Source: Candidatus Poseidoniales archaeon
GTDB lineage: Archaea; Thermoplasmatota; Poseidoniia; Poseidoniales; Poseidoniaceae
DNA length: 64,000 bases
Direction: 5' to 3'
Assembly: GCA_009887195.1 (NCBI GenBank)
Contig: QXXX01000087.1
Span: forward strand, 2,407-66,406
Part shown: positions 35,549 through 43,236 of the stretch, piece after piece
Layout of the letters: every line of letters begins with the position of its first letter
How positions within the stretch are numbered: position 1 is the stretch's first letter
Notes under the pieces: generated by a model
Databases searched by the model: none
Seen by the model: the letters and a program-made list of their open reading frames with translations, nothing else
Told to the model about the DNA's origin: nothing
Position numbers and translations under genes: made by a program

Positions 35549-36241
35549 TCATATCTTCCAAGATTTGATTTGCCAACCCTGCTCAGTTGCCATTTTTGCC
35601 ATCTTTGCCCCAGGATTTACAGCAATTGGGTTCCCTGTGATTTGCATAAACCACGTATCTGCCATAGTGTTTCCATAACCAAAACACGCATCAAGATCAT
35701 GGCCGTATTCTTTAGCGTCTTGTTGGACTATTGGTACTTTGCCTTTTCTTCTTGGCACACTCCAACCTCTTTCGGAACCTGACATTATACCATTTCGGGC
35801 ATCTGGACCACAGCCATAGACTGCATCCATTCCAAGTACTCCTGCCATGGCTTCTGCCATGGGGGCAATGGTTGCAGTGACTAGAACTAAACGGTGTCCT
35901 TGATTTCGATGCCAGGCTAAGCAATCCCAAGCCTCTTGCGGGATTTTTGCCTTAAGTTGGTTTACTGCGAGCGTTGTAGAATAATTTTCTAACACTGTCC
36001 AAGATGCGAGCGAAAAGTGACCTCGGTTCCTTGCTGCATCGTATAATGAACGCCCGCGCAACAAATTGCCAACCAGTCCAAGCGTCCACATCACTGTTCC
36101 TATCGGAATTCTCCATGGCCGCTTTTTAGCTAGATGAGCAGTCAAGGTTTTTTCGCTAGATGAATCTAGTAATGTCCCATCAAGGTCAAAATATGCTGCA
36201 ACTTGACCACTCATTGGCTCTGCGTTGCAACTATCATACAT
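35549..36241 (-). CDS. HAD-superfamily hydrolase, subfamily IB (phosphoserine-phosphatase-like)
   Basis: Motif I YFDLDGTLLD, motif II LVTAT, motif IV GYGNTMAD, with a helical cap between motifs I and II. Confidence 0.75.
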   Translation of the reverse strand: MYDSCNAEPMSGQVAAYFDLDGTLLDSSSEKTLTAHLAKKRPWRIPIGTVMWTLGLVGNLLRGRSLYDAARNRGHFSLASWTVLENYSTTLAVNQLKAKIPQEAWDCLAWHRNQGHRLVLVTATIAPMAEAMAGVLGMDAVYGCGPDARNGIMSGSERGWSVPRRKGKVPIVQQDAKEYGHDLDACFGYGNTMADTWFMQITGNPIAVNPGAKMAKMATEQGWQIKSWKI

Positions 36242-36264
36242 GAGGGAAACGGCTGATTTTGATT

Positions 36265-36552
36265 TTAATTGGCCTTTTCTTCACTAAACCTTGAGCGGTC
36301 ACCGTAAACTCTCCTGCCAGCACGATGATCTTGCCACCATGCTAATTTCTCTCCTAGGTTTCGTGAAATAAAGAAACCGACTTTTCTTGGAGTGAGTCCG
36401 TGATTACGCATTGACTTCTCGTGTGATAGATTAGCTACAATAGATTGCGCAGAACATCCGTGGTTGGCGGTGACGAAGTTAATTATCTCCTGTTTCAATC
36501 TTTCAAATCTGGCTTTCTTCTGGGTACCTGAGCCGCCCCTATTATGTTTCAT
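36265..36552 (-). CDS. Hypothetical small basic protein (possible winged-helix)
   Basis: 95 aa, Lys/Arg-rich at both ends. The centre (EIINFVTANHGCSAQSIVANL...RKVGFFISRNLGEKLAWW) is HTH-like. Confidence 0.45.
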   Translation of the reverse strand: MKHNRGGSGTQKKARFERLKQEIINFVTANHGCSAQSIVANLSHEKSMRNHGLTPRKVGFFISRNLGEKLAWWQDHRAGRRVYGDRSRFSEEKAN

Positions 36553-36612
36553 AATAGGAAATAATCAAGTGAACCCATATCAAAGATATGGTGGTAATCC
36601 CAATAAGATAAC

Positions 36613-36975
36613 TCACTGGAAATTTACTGGTTGTATTGTTTTCCAACTTGCTGTAGCAAGTTTCTTGGCTTTTCCATCAGCAATTATTGGATTAATTGTT
36701 TGAAGTTTACCATGCATTCCATGGACTTGGAATTTAACCTTTAATTCTGCAACTCTATCGCGCTGTAGAGTCTCTATTTGTTCATCTGTTAGGTCCACAG
36801 AAGCAAGTTCTTTACCAGTATTGATATCTGAAATCGTGAATTGATTTTCGGATACCGAAAGAGAAGGTCTGAACTCCCAGTCGTCGGGATGAATCATCCA
36901 TACCGACACATCAACAGACAGTGTGTCTTTGATTTTTACTTTACTAATCTCTACGGTGTCTACCATGCTGTTCAA
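36613..36975 (-). CDS. Hypothetical protein
   Basis: 120-aa ORF in a collinear minus-strand run. No motif recognised. Confidence 0.45.
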   Translation of the reverse strand: MNSMVDTVEISKVKIKDTLSVDVSVWMIHPDDWEFRPSLSVSENQFTISDINTGKELASVDLTDEQIETLQRDRVAELKVKFQVHGMHGKLQTINPIIADGKAKKLATASWKTIQPVNFQ

Positions 36976-37022
36976 ACCTCCCGAATAGATAGTTGTTGAT
37001 TATTGTTTCATCTTCAGTTGAA

Positions 37023-38171
37023 TCAGACTGCAACCTCAGTAAGAACTGGTATTTGGATTTCAATAACTACTTGTAATGTCCAGTCGTTTCCAGGGTCCGG
37101 GTCTGGGAAGCCCTCTATTAGCGGATCTGGATCGGCTTGTTGAGCAAAGATAGTCCACTCCCATTCACCCTGTGCAGTTCTAAAACCGGGTTTATCCAGA
37201 AGTAACGCGAGTACATCTTCTGCGGAGTCAGCGGTATATGTGCCGTCTTCACCTGTTGGATTTATTGCATAACGGTCCATTTCGGCTTTCGAGGTCTCAT
37301 TAGCTGTGATGTTGCCACCTTGGGTTTTTGCTGATTTTGAATAACCGTCATTTGGAATTGATAATTCTAAGGTGAAATTGTCTTGCGGGCCTAGTTCTTG
37401 ATCTAGTTCTAACACTGCATAGAAGGCGAGGATGCGTCCTTCAACTCCAGGATTAATACTTTCTTCCCATGAGGCCCCCTGGTCAAGATAGCCATCTCTA
37501 TCCATGGTTATTTCCTTGGTCTTCCACTCAACTTCGAAGGTTCGAGTGGAAATTTCAATCTCAAAAGATCGGTAATCAGTTGCTCCATCACCATCAGATA
37601 CCGTCACGCTGCCTCGCTTGGTGCCCGAGTTGTTGGTCGGTAGCAAGACGGTTGCAGTAATGGCATCGGCATCGTTTCGATTATCACCATCTTTATTGCT
37701 ATCAACAGACCAATCTAAATCCCAAGAATACATCAATTCTTTACCCTCTGGGTCGAAACTGCCTGAGGCGTCAAGCAGTGCTGATTCCCCGGCTTTTATG
37801 CTGCCTGGGATTGTCAGATTTAGTACAGGTGCCCCATTTACTACAATTGTCGAGGAGACTTGGTCTTCACCACCAACGCTATTTTTTACTGTTAAGGTGA
37901 CGGTATAAACTCCGAATCGATCATAGGTAAAAGAGGTGAAACCAACCACCGTATCTGAGGTTTGACCATTGCCAAAATCCCATTCAAAATCAGTGATAAC
38001 TCCTTCAACTGCATCAGAATCTCTTGCGTCCAAAGTTATGGTCTCACCTTCTTGGATAAACAGGGGATAGGCTTGTAATTCTGCCCTTGGATTAACTGCA
38101 GATTCTAAATCTATGCAGCCGGCTAGTATGGTAGAACATAGCATCAAGGCAGACATTGCTAATGACTTCAT
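37023..38171 (-). CDS. Secreted lipoprotein with two PKD domains
   Basis: Lipobox-like MKSLAMSALMLCSTILAGC. PKD signatures LDARDSD...FEWDFGNGQTS...GVYTVTLTVKN and LDASGSFDPEGKELMYSWDLDW. Start trimmed to ATG 38171. Confidence 0.7.
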   Translation of the reverse strand: MKSLAMSALMLCSTILAGCIDLESAVNPRAELQAYPLFIQEGETITLDARDSDAVEGVITDFEWDFGNGQTSDTVVGFTSFTYDRFGVYTVTLTVKNSVGGEDQVSSTIVVNGAPVLNLTIPGSIKAGESALLDASGSFDPEGKELMYSWDLDWSVDSNKDGDNRNDADAITATVLLPTNNSGTKRGSVTVSDGDGATDYRSFEIEISTRTFEVEWKTKEITMDRDGYLDQGASWEESINPGVEGRILAFYAVLELDQELGPQDNFTLELSIPNDGYSKSAKTQGGNITANETSKAEMDRYAINPTGEDGTYTADSAEDVLALLLDKPGFRTAQGEWEWTIFAQQADPDPLIEGFPDPDPGNDWTLQVVIEIQIPVLTEVAV

Positions 38172-38275
38172 CGTTAGCCCGCCCCTCATAGAGGTTAGGA
38201 AAGACTTCCCCCTTCTAATAGTATGCATTAATCCAGTAACTTGTGCATCAAAACTAAAGCCTTGAGAAAATGCCG

Positions 38276-38638
38276 TTAGAATTCAACTTCTTCTGGAATA
38301 TCGCCAATTATTTGTGCATCAGCAAGATGTTCCACAATCTCGTCTAGATTTTCATGCTGCACCACATTTACCTCAGTGTGGCTGACTAATTTTTCGTCAT
38401 CTACTAGTTGGTTAAGATCCACTTCGCCGACATCATACTCTGATACTAGGATTGCTTCAGGAACTACGTAGACTTCGTCATCCCCATTTAGGTCGGCTAG
38501 CAGGTCATTAGCGATGCCTTCTGCCATGGCAAGAAACTTTTGTTGATCTTCTTGGGATTCTTTATCATAGTCAACAATCTCCTCTCCAGTATCTTCTTCT
38601 GGTTCAAACAAAGCGCGCACTTTGTCCTTGAGGCTCAT
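38276..38638 (-). CDS. Hypothetical highly acidic protein
   Basis: 120 aa with 36 Asp/Glu versus 6 Lys/Arg by my count. Confidence 0.5.
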   Translation of the reverse strand: MSLKDKVRALFEPEEDTGEEIVDYDKESQEDQQKFLAMAEGIANDLLADLNGDDEVYVVPEAILVSEYDVGEVDLNQLVDDEKLVSHTEVNVVQHENLDEIVEHLADAQIIGDIPEEVEF

Positions 38639-38680
38639 ATCTCACGTGATAAGTTGGTAGCATTTTAGTTTTGTATTCAA

Positions 38681-39541
38681 ATGGTCATCGCGAGGTTCAA
38701 TAGGTATCGGCTATTGCTCAAATCTATGGGTCATGAATTCCTCGCTGGAGAAACTGTTTTGGCCTTCGATTTGGAAACCACCGGAATTTCAACAAATAAT
38801 GATCGAATTGTTCAAATCGCACTAGTAGGTTCAGATTCATTAGGCGAACCAGTAAATTATGAACATCTAATTAATCCTCGACGAGCAATTCCCAGTGGAG
38901 CTAGTGGTGTTCATGGGATTTTTGATAGCGATGTTAAAGGACTCCCTGATTTCTCAAATTATGCAGATAAAATCCACGAGATGATGGAAGGAGCGGTAAT
39001 AGTTGGACATAATGTTCGTAAGTTCGATATGCCGATGCTGGATAATGAATTCCGACGGATTGGCAAGCTCCCCCCTCGCCCAAAAGCAGTAATGGATACA
39101 CTAGAAATTGTTCGAAGAGTAAAAATGCCACGCCCGCACAATTTAGGAAGTCTATGCCGCAGACATGGTATTTCTCTAGAAAATGCACATACTGCTGCTG
39201 CTGATGCTGCTGCCTCTTTACTGCTGTTTTGGCGTCTTACTGTTGACCATTCGCCGATGTTTAGAAGCACCTTAAAAGAAGTTGAAAGATGGTTGATTCA
39301 TGGCAAAACTGCAAATGATGACTCGGCCTTAGGCAGGGGAATGAATGACTTAGAAATGTTAGATTCATTAGGTAAAATTCGCATCGATGATGGCCACTAT
39401 ATCATCGCTTTTGGACGCCATCGTGGCCGTCACCTTTTAGAAGTGAAAAAGATTGACCCACGATATATAAATTGGTTATTATCACCATCTGGTATCGAGG
39501 ACGATGATGCGAGAATTAAATTGAAAGAATACCTATCTTGA
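38681..39541 (+). CDS. DEDDh 3'-5' exonuclease (DnaQ/ExoX-like) with DUF3820-like C-terminal domain
   Basis: Exo I AFDLETTG, Exo II VGHNVRKFDMPML, Exo III HTAAADAAAS. The C-terminal FGRHRGRHLLEVKKIDPRYINWLL resembles DUF3820. Alternative start ATG 38726. Confidence 0.8.
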   Translation: MVIARFNRYRLLLKSMGHEFLAGETVLAFDLETTGISTNNDRIVQIALVGSDSLGEPVNYEHLINPRRAIPSGASGVHGIFDSDVKGLPDFSNYADKIHEMMEGAVIVGHNVRKFDMPMLDNEFRRIGKLPPRPKAVMDTLEIVRRVKMPRPHNLGSLCRRHGISLENAHTAAADAAASLLLFWRLTVDHSPMFRSTLKEVERWLIHGKTANDDSALGRGMNDLEMLDSLGKIRIDDGHYIIAFGRHRGRHLLEVKKIDPRYINWLLSPSGIEDDDARIKLKEYLS

Positions 39542-40729
39542 AGACGGTCTAGTGTATTCAACACCATCAGGGATTGGGCTCCAAGGTAGTACGTCACACC
39601 AATGACCTACACGCCAAGAATTGCGATTAGTCATCACGGAACCCAAGAATATCGGGCCTTGATGGCCTGTTTCTAATAACTCTTCTAACGCTTCTTTTCC
39701 GCGATTATCGAAATTTACTCCCGTTCGAATACCGGTTGGAATCACACTACCAGAGTCATCTCTTGGTTCACATAACTCAACAATTGCCGAGCCTGATAAC
39801 TTTTCATAATTATGTAACAATACCACTGAGTCGGAGAAATCTCCTTTGTGCAGAGTGTTGGTTTCATGCCGCCACTTCCACCAATGTGGACACCAAGCTT
39901 TCCAATCGCAAAATCCTCCACATGAATCATCTCCTATATTTGCCTCAAGGGGTATTTTTGTTGGCGTTGTTGCCTCCCATGCAGCATATGCATCTTCAAG
40001 AACATCATCACCGATAGCAACCCACTTTGATGAGTCTGCAGTATACCAGCCTTCAGTTCTGATTGGTGGACCGTTTGGGTTGTTGTCTCTAATTATGTCC
40101 CGATAGAGACGCAACTGCCGATTTACTTCGGTTTTCAACTCATCCTTTGGCGCCTTGCCCGTCTTTAAATCGGCGACTAACCAGCCGACCATTTTTCCAG
40201 AAGAGTCTACATCAGCCATCAATAAGTCTAGTCTACCCATCAACTTACCATTTTCAGTCTTTAATTCCCCCTCTACTGCAATAGCCATCGATTGGATTTT
40301 CCTCCACAATGCACCGGTGATTTTTTCGTGGTCTAGGCCGTTTATTCCGACATGGTCAAGTAACATCCTAATCGCGCCTTTTTGGTGCTTTATCGCCTCT
40401 TTCCATTTCTCATCTTTCCATTGTGGGCGTCTTGGTGTTGCATGAAATACTGCTTTTTCTTCCTCCCACCGGTTTTTCAGCAATCTTAATCCTTCGGTGG
40501 GCAACCATCCGTCTTCTGAATTACCAATCTGAGAATAATCTTCCTGTAATAAGTCCTCAACTGAAGCATGTACTGCTGTACCTAAAGATGCAGCCATTCC
40601 GGCTTTTCTGGGCAGCCTTTGCTTACTTAGCCAAAACATACGAGGGCAGGTTTCGAAACGATTCCAAGATGATGGAGAAATCATGTGCGAAACTTCTGTA
40701 CTCTCACCTGCCATGGTTGATGGTGGCAA
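39533..40729 (-). CDS. PD-(D/E)XK nuclease with Cas4/RecB-type Fe-S cysteines
   Basis: N-terminal Cys in RFETCPRMFW, GRLDLL, VADLKTGK (D-x-K), QLRLY, and the C-terminal cluster CGGFCDWKAWC. About 115 additional C-terminal aa are of unknown fold. Confidence 0.7.
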   Translation of the reverse strand: MPPSTMAGESTEVSHMISPSSWNRFETCPRMFWLSKQRLPRKAGMAASLGTAVHASVEDLLQEDYSQIGNSEDGWLPTEGLRLLKNRWEEEKAVFHATPRRPQWKDEKWKEAIKHQKGAIRMLLDHVGINGLDHEKITGALWRKIQSMAIAVEGELKTENGKLMGRLDLLMADVDSSGKMVGWLVADLKTGKAPKDELKTEVNRQLRLYRDIIRDNNPNGPPIRTEGWYTADSSKWVAIGDDVLEDAYAAWEATTPTKIPLEANIGDDSCGGFCDWKAWCPHWWKWRHETNTLHKGDFSDSVVLLHNYEKLSGSAIVELCEPRDDSGSVIPTGIRTGVNFDNRGKEALEELLETGHQGPIFLGSVMTNRNSWRVGHWCDVLPWSPIPDGVEYTRPSSR

Positions 40730-40802
40730 TCAAACAACATCAAACCACCGACAACAACACAAAAGGGAAGCGTTCATACATCGAGAACCGATAGGATACT
40801 CT

Positions 40803-41603
40803 ATGGAAGGACCTAGCGTTAGGATAAATGCAGAAGTATCAACTGAAAATGCACTAGTTGTCGCTTGTTTCCCAAGTGTGGGAATGGTATCAAGTGTTGT
40901 TGCTCATTTTCTTATCGAACATCTAGAACTGGAATTCATTGGCGGAGTAATTGACCCAAGGCTACCTGCGTTAACATTGGTCGACAAAGGTGTCCCATTA
41001 CCACCGATTAGAGCTTATGCCGGTAAACCGAAATGTACTATTGAAGGATGTGATCAAGTAATTCTACTCATGAGTGAACTGGTAGTACCTGAAGCACTAG
41101 CACATGACATTGTGTGGGCTATGTTTGAATGGTCAAAAGAGCAAAATATTGTTGCAGGAGTGGTTATCGATGCATTTGCCAAATCTGGAATGAAAGGCAA
41201 CTTGAATGGTTCAGAACCGGTGGTAGATTATGAAGACACGGAAGGAATTGATGTAGTTGGAATTGGAGCTAATGAGAAAAGTAGAAAGCGCTTAGAAGAT
41301 ATGAAAGTTCCACTGTTACAACAAGGGGTAATCAAGGGAATTAATGCCTCAATACTTGGAGAGGCTAGACGTAGAGGTCTTGATTTGATGTCAATAATGG
41401 TCGAAGCCGACCCTCGCTTCCCAGATGCTAGAGCTGCAGCAACACTGATTGAAAATCTAAACAATTTATTGCCTTCAATCGATTTACCTCACCAACCGCT
41501 TATCGAAGAAGCAGAATTCCTCGAAGCCCAATTGCAATCTATGATGGATGGAGCGAACATCGCGAATGAACCTAAAGCAGGTAATTCAATGCTCTACGGC
41601 TGA
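40803..41603 (+). CDS. PAC2-family proteasome assembly chaperone homologue (Pba-like) ending in an HbYX motif
   Basis: ALVVACFPSVGMVSSVVAHFLIEHLELEFIGGVIDPRLPALTLVDKGVPLPPIRAY matches the PAC2 pattern. The C-terminus is ...NSMLYG (Leu-Tyr-Gly). Start trimmed to ATG 40803. Confidence 0.7.
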   Translation: MEGPSVRINAEVSTENALVVACFPSVGMVSSVVAHFLIEHLELEFIGGVIDPRLPALTLVDKGVPLPPIRAYAGKPKCTIEGCDQVILLMSELVVPEALAHDIVWAMFEWSKEQNIVAGVVIDAFAKSGMKGNLNGSEPVVDYEDTEGIDVVGIGANEKSRKRLEDMKVPLLQQGVIKGINASILGEARRRGLDLMSIMVEADPRFPDARAAATLIENLNNLLPSIDLPHQPLIEEAEFLEAQLQSMMDGANIANEPKAGNSMLYG

Positions 41604-42164
41604 AGGTTTTTGTAAATTAATCACGGCAACTATTGCCGATACAACGCCTGCTACTAGGATAATTGCGCTTACCCAAGTTGGCATCAAGAATATTGTGTCA
41701 ACAGGTAAACTAAGGAAATCTAAAACCGATTCCCCGCGTGAAAATTTTCCACCTGATGATGCGGTCATGAGCATGAAACCGCTTGCTGCTAAGCCTGCTG
41801 CTGATTGTATTAATGAACTTGGCTTACTAGCCCATAGTTGATTTCCCGCTTTAGTTCTAGTGAACAAAACCGCTATAGCCAATCCGGTAGCAATCATCGA
41901 AAAAAACATCTTGTTAACGAGTAGTGGAGATGATAGGTCGGATGTCGGCGATGAAGATATGCCAGAAAAGATGGCAAATGGTGTTGCTAATAATCCAAAA
42001 CCTAATGCAAAGTGACCAGCATAATCTGTTACTAATGAGGCTTTTTCGGATTCAAACACCCCAAAAGATTGGATTGCTAGAACAAGAAAACAAATTCCCG
42101 CCATAGCAAATGATCCAACTACTAACTCGGTAGTGATGACGTGGAACGTGGCTGAAGATATCAT
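41586..42164 (-). CDS. Hypothetical 5-TM membrane protein
   Basis: Start taken as ATG 42164 (MISSATFHV...), which overlaps the upstream TGA (ATGA 42161-42164). His residues lie at the start of TM1 and TM2. Confidence 0.55.
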   Translation of the reverse strand: MISSATFHVITTELVVGSFAMAGICFLVLAIQSFGVFESEKASLVTDYAGHFALGFGLLATPFAIFSGISSSPTSDLSSPLLVNKMFFSMIATGLAIAVLFTRTKAGNQLWASKPSSLIQSAAGLAASGFMLMTASSGGKFSRGESVLDFLSLPVDTIFLMPTWVSAIILVAGVVSAIVAVINLQKPSAVEH

Positions 42165-43234
42165 TTCAAGTCCTCCAAATATTCGTGCCCGTACCATTTC
42201 CATTGTTCCGTTGTCCAACCATTAGGCAACCCCCCTTCGGGCAACGGCGGTGTACTGCCAACTGAATTCTCTTGCTTTGGCAGAAGATTTGTTTGGTCGA
42301 TTTCCGTTGGTAAATCTTCTTGATTATTCAGATAACGAGATTGTAGTGTTAATATCAAGCTAAGGAAGAATATGCAGAAGGCTAATGATTGGAGATAAAC
42401 TTGTAATTGATTGACCTCTAATGCAGGCTCTTGAGCCGCTATTCTAAACCAAGGAGTGATTTGAGTTGGCCCGTCCCCATCCATTACAGCACGCCATTCT
42501 ATTATTGATGGTTGAAGTGCTGGAGGTAACTCAAACTCCCAAGAATTGTTGTCAACTAGGGTTGCGTTTATGCTATTAGAAGGTCGGTCGACTAATCGCC
42601 ATTCTATTGCTAGTTGATCAACATCGCTAGTAGCAACTGATACTGTTGTTTGCTGACCTAAATCTCGACTGATAATTGGACTATATTCGCTTGAAAGTCT
42701 TGGCAGATTATCGGGAACTGGTAAGACATCGATGTTAAGCCCTGAGCTGATAGCGAAATAAGGAGTATTTTGTCCACCATGATGGATTGATAGATAAAAA
42801 GTAGTTGACTCTATGACTGTTGGTTTTAGCGTCCATGAAATTGTGTAGGCTTCATCAAGCGAAGAACCTCCAATTTCCACATAATTGTTATCTCCACCAT
42901 TGACGTCAGAGATTACTTTCCAACCGCCGTCTTCGGGTAAGTCGCTGTGCCCAGTCACGTCGGTTAGTAAAAACAAGCCAATAGCATCAGAGGATGAGAA
43001 CTGAATACCACTAACTGAGGCGGTGATGGACACTGGTAAACCAAAATATACATCACTGTCAATACTCAACTCTAACAAAGCTGGAGAAGTTTGGTTTTGT
43101 GAAGCATCGCCGTGACAAGCTCCCCCGCACTGCATGTCAAAATCACCATCACCTACTCCACCAGGATTAGCACCTCCTAGAGAAGTAAAAGCAAGCAATA
43201 TAACAAGAGATAGAACAATAATGATTCTATTCAG
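42161..43234 (-). CDS. Secreted, C-terminally TM-anchored protein with N-terminal Cys-x3-Cys-His domain
   Basis: The frame is open upstream of the track TTG (43198) and encodes NRIIIVLSLVILLAFTSLGGA, a signal-peptide h-region. The only plausible initiator is CTG 43234, 8 nt after GGAGG. CGGACH is at 43112-43129. TM helix SLAFCIFFLSLILTL plus a 55-aa tail. Confidence 0.55.
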   Translation of the reverse strand: MNRIIIVLSLVILLAFTSLGGANPGGVGDGDFDMQCGGACHGDASQNQTSPALLELSIDSDVYFGLPVSITASVSGIQFSSSDAIGLFLLTDVTGHSDLPEDGGWKVISDVNGGDNNYVEIGGSSLDEAYTISWTLKPTVIESTTFYLSIHHGGQNTPYFAISSGLNIDVLPVPDNLPRLSSEYSPIISRDLGQQTTVSVATSDVDQLAIEWRLVDRPSNSINATLVDNNSWEFELPPALQPSIIEWRAVMDGDGPTQITPWFRIAAQEPALEVNQLQVYLQSLAFCIFFLSLILTLQSRYLNNQEDLPTEIDQTNLLPKQENSVGSTPPLPEGGLPNGWTTEQWKWYGHEYLEDLK

Positions 43235-43236
43235 TT

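Noticed and set aside
35327-35782. Track ORFs 35327-35548 (-), 35349-35678 (+) and 35477-35782 (+)
   Set aside because: They overlap the well-folded tRNA-Arg(GCG) and the HAD hydrolase gene, so they are spurious.
35461-41603. Possible integrated element downstream of tRNA-Arg(GCG): small wHTH protein, nucleases, hypotheticals. A similar possibility exists next to tRNA-Arg(CCT)
   Set aside because: I saw no integrase or recombinase, no capsid or replication genes, and no duplicated tRNA 3' segment (att-like direct repeat) on visual scanning. A proper repeat search is still needed.
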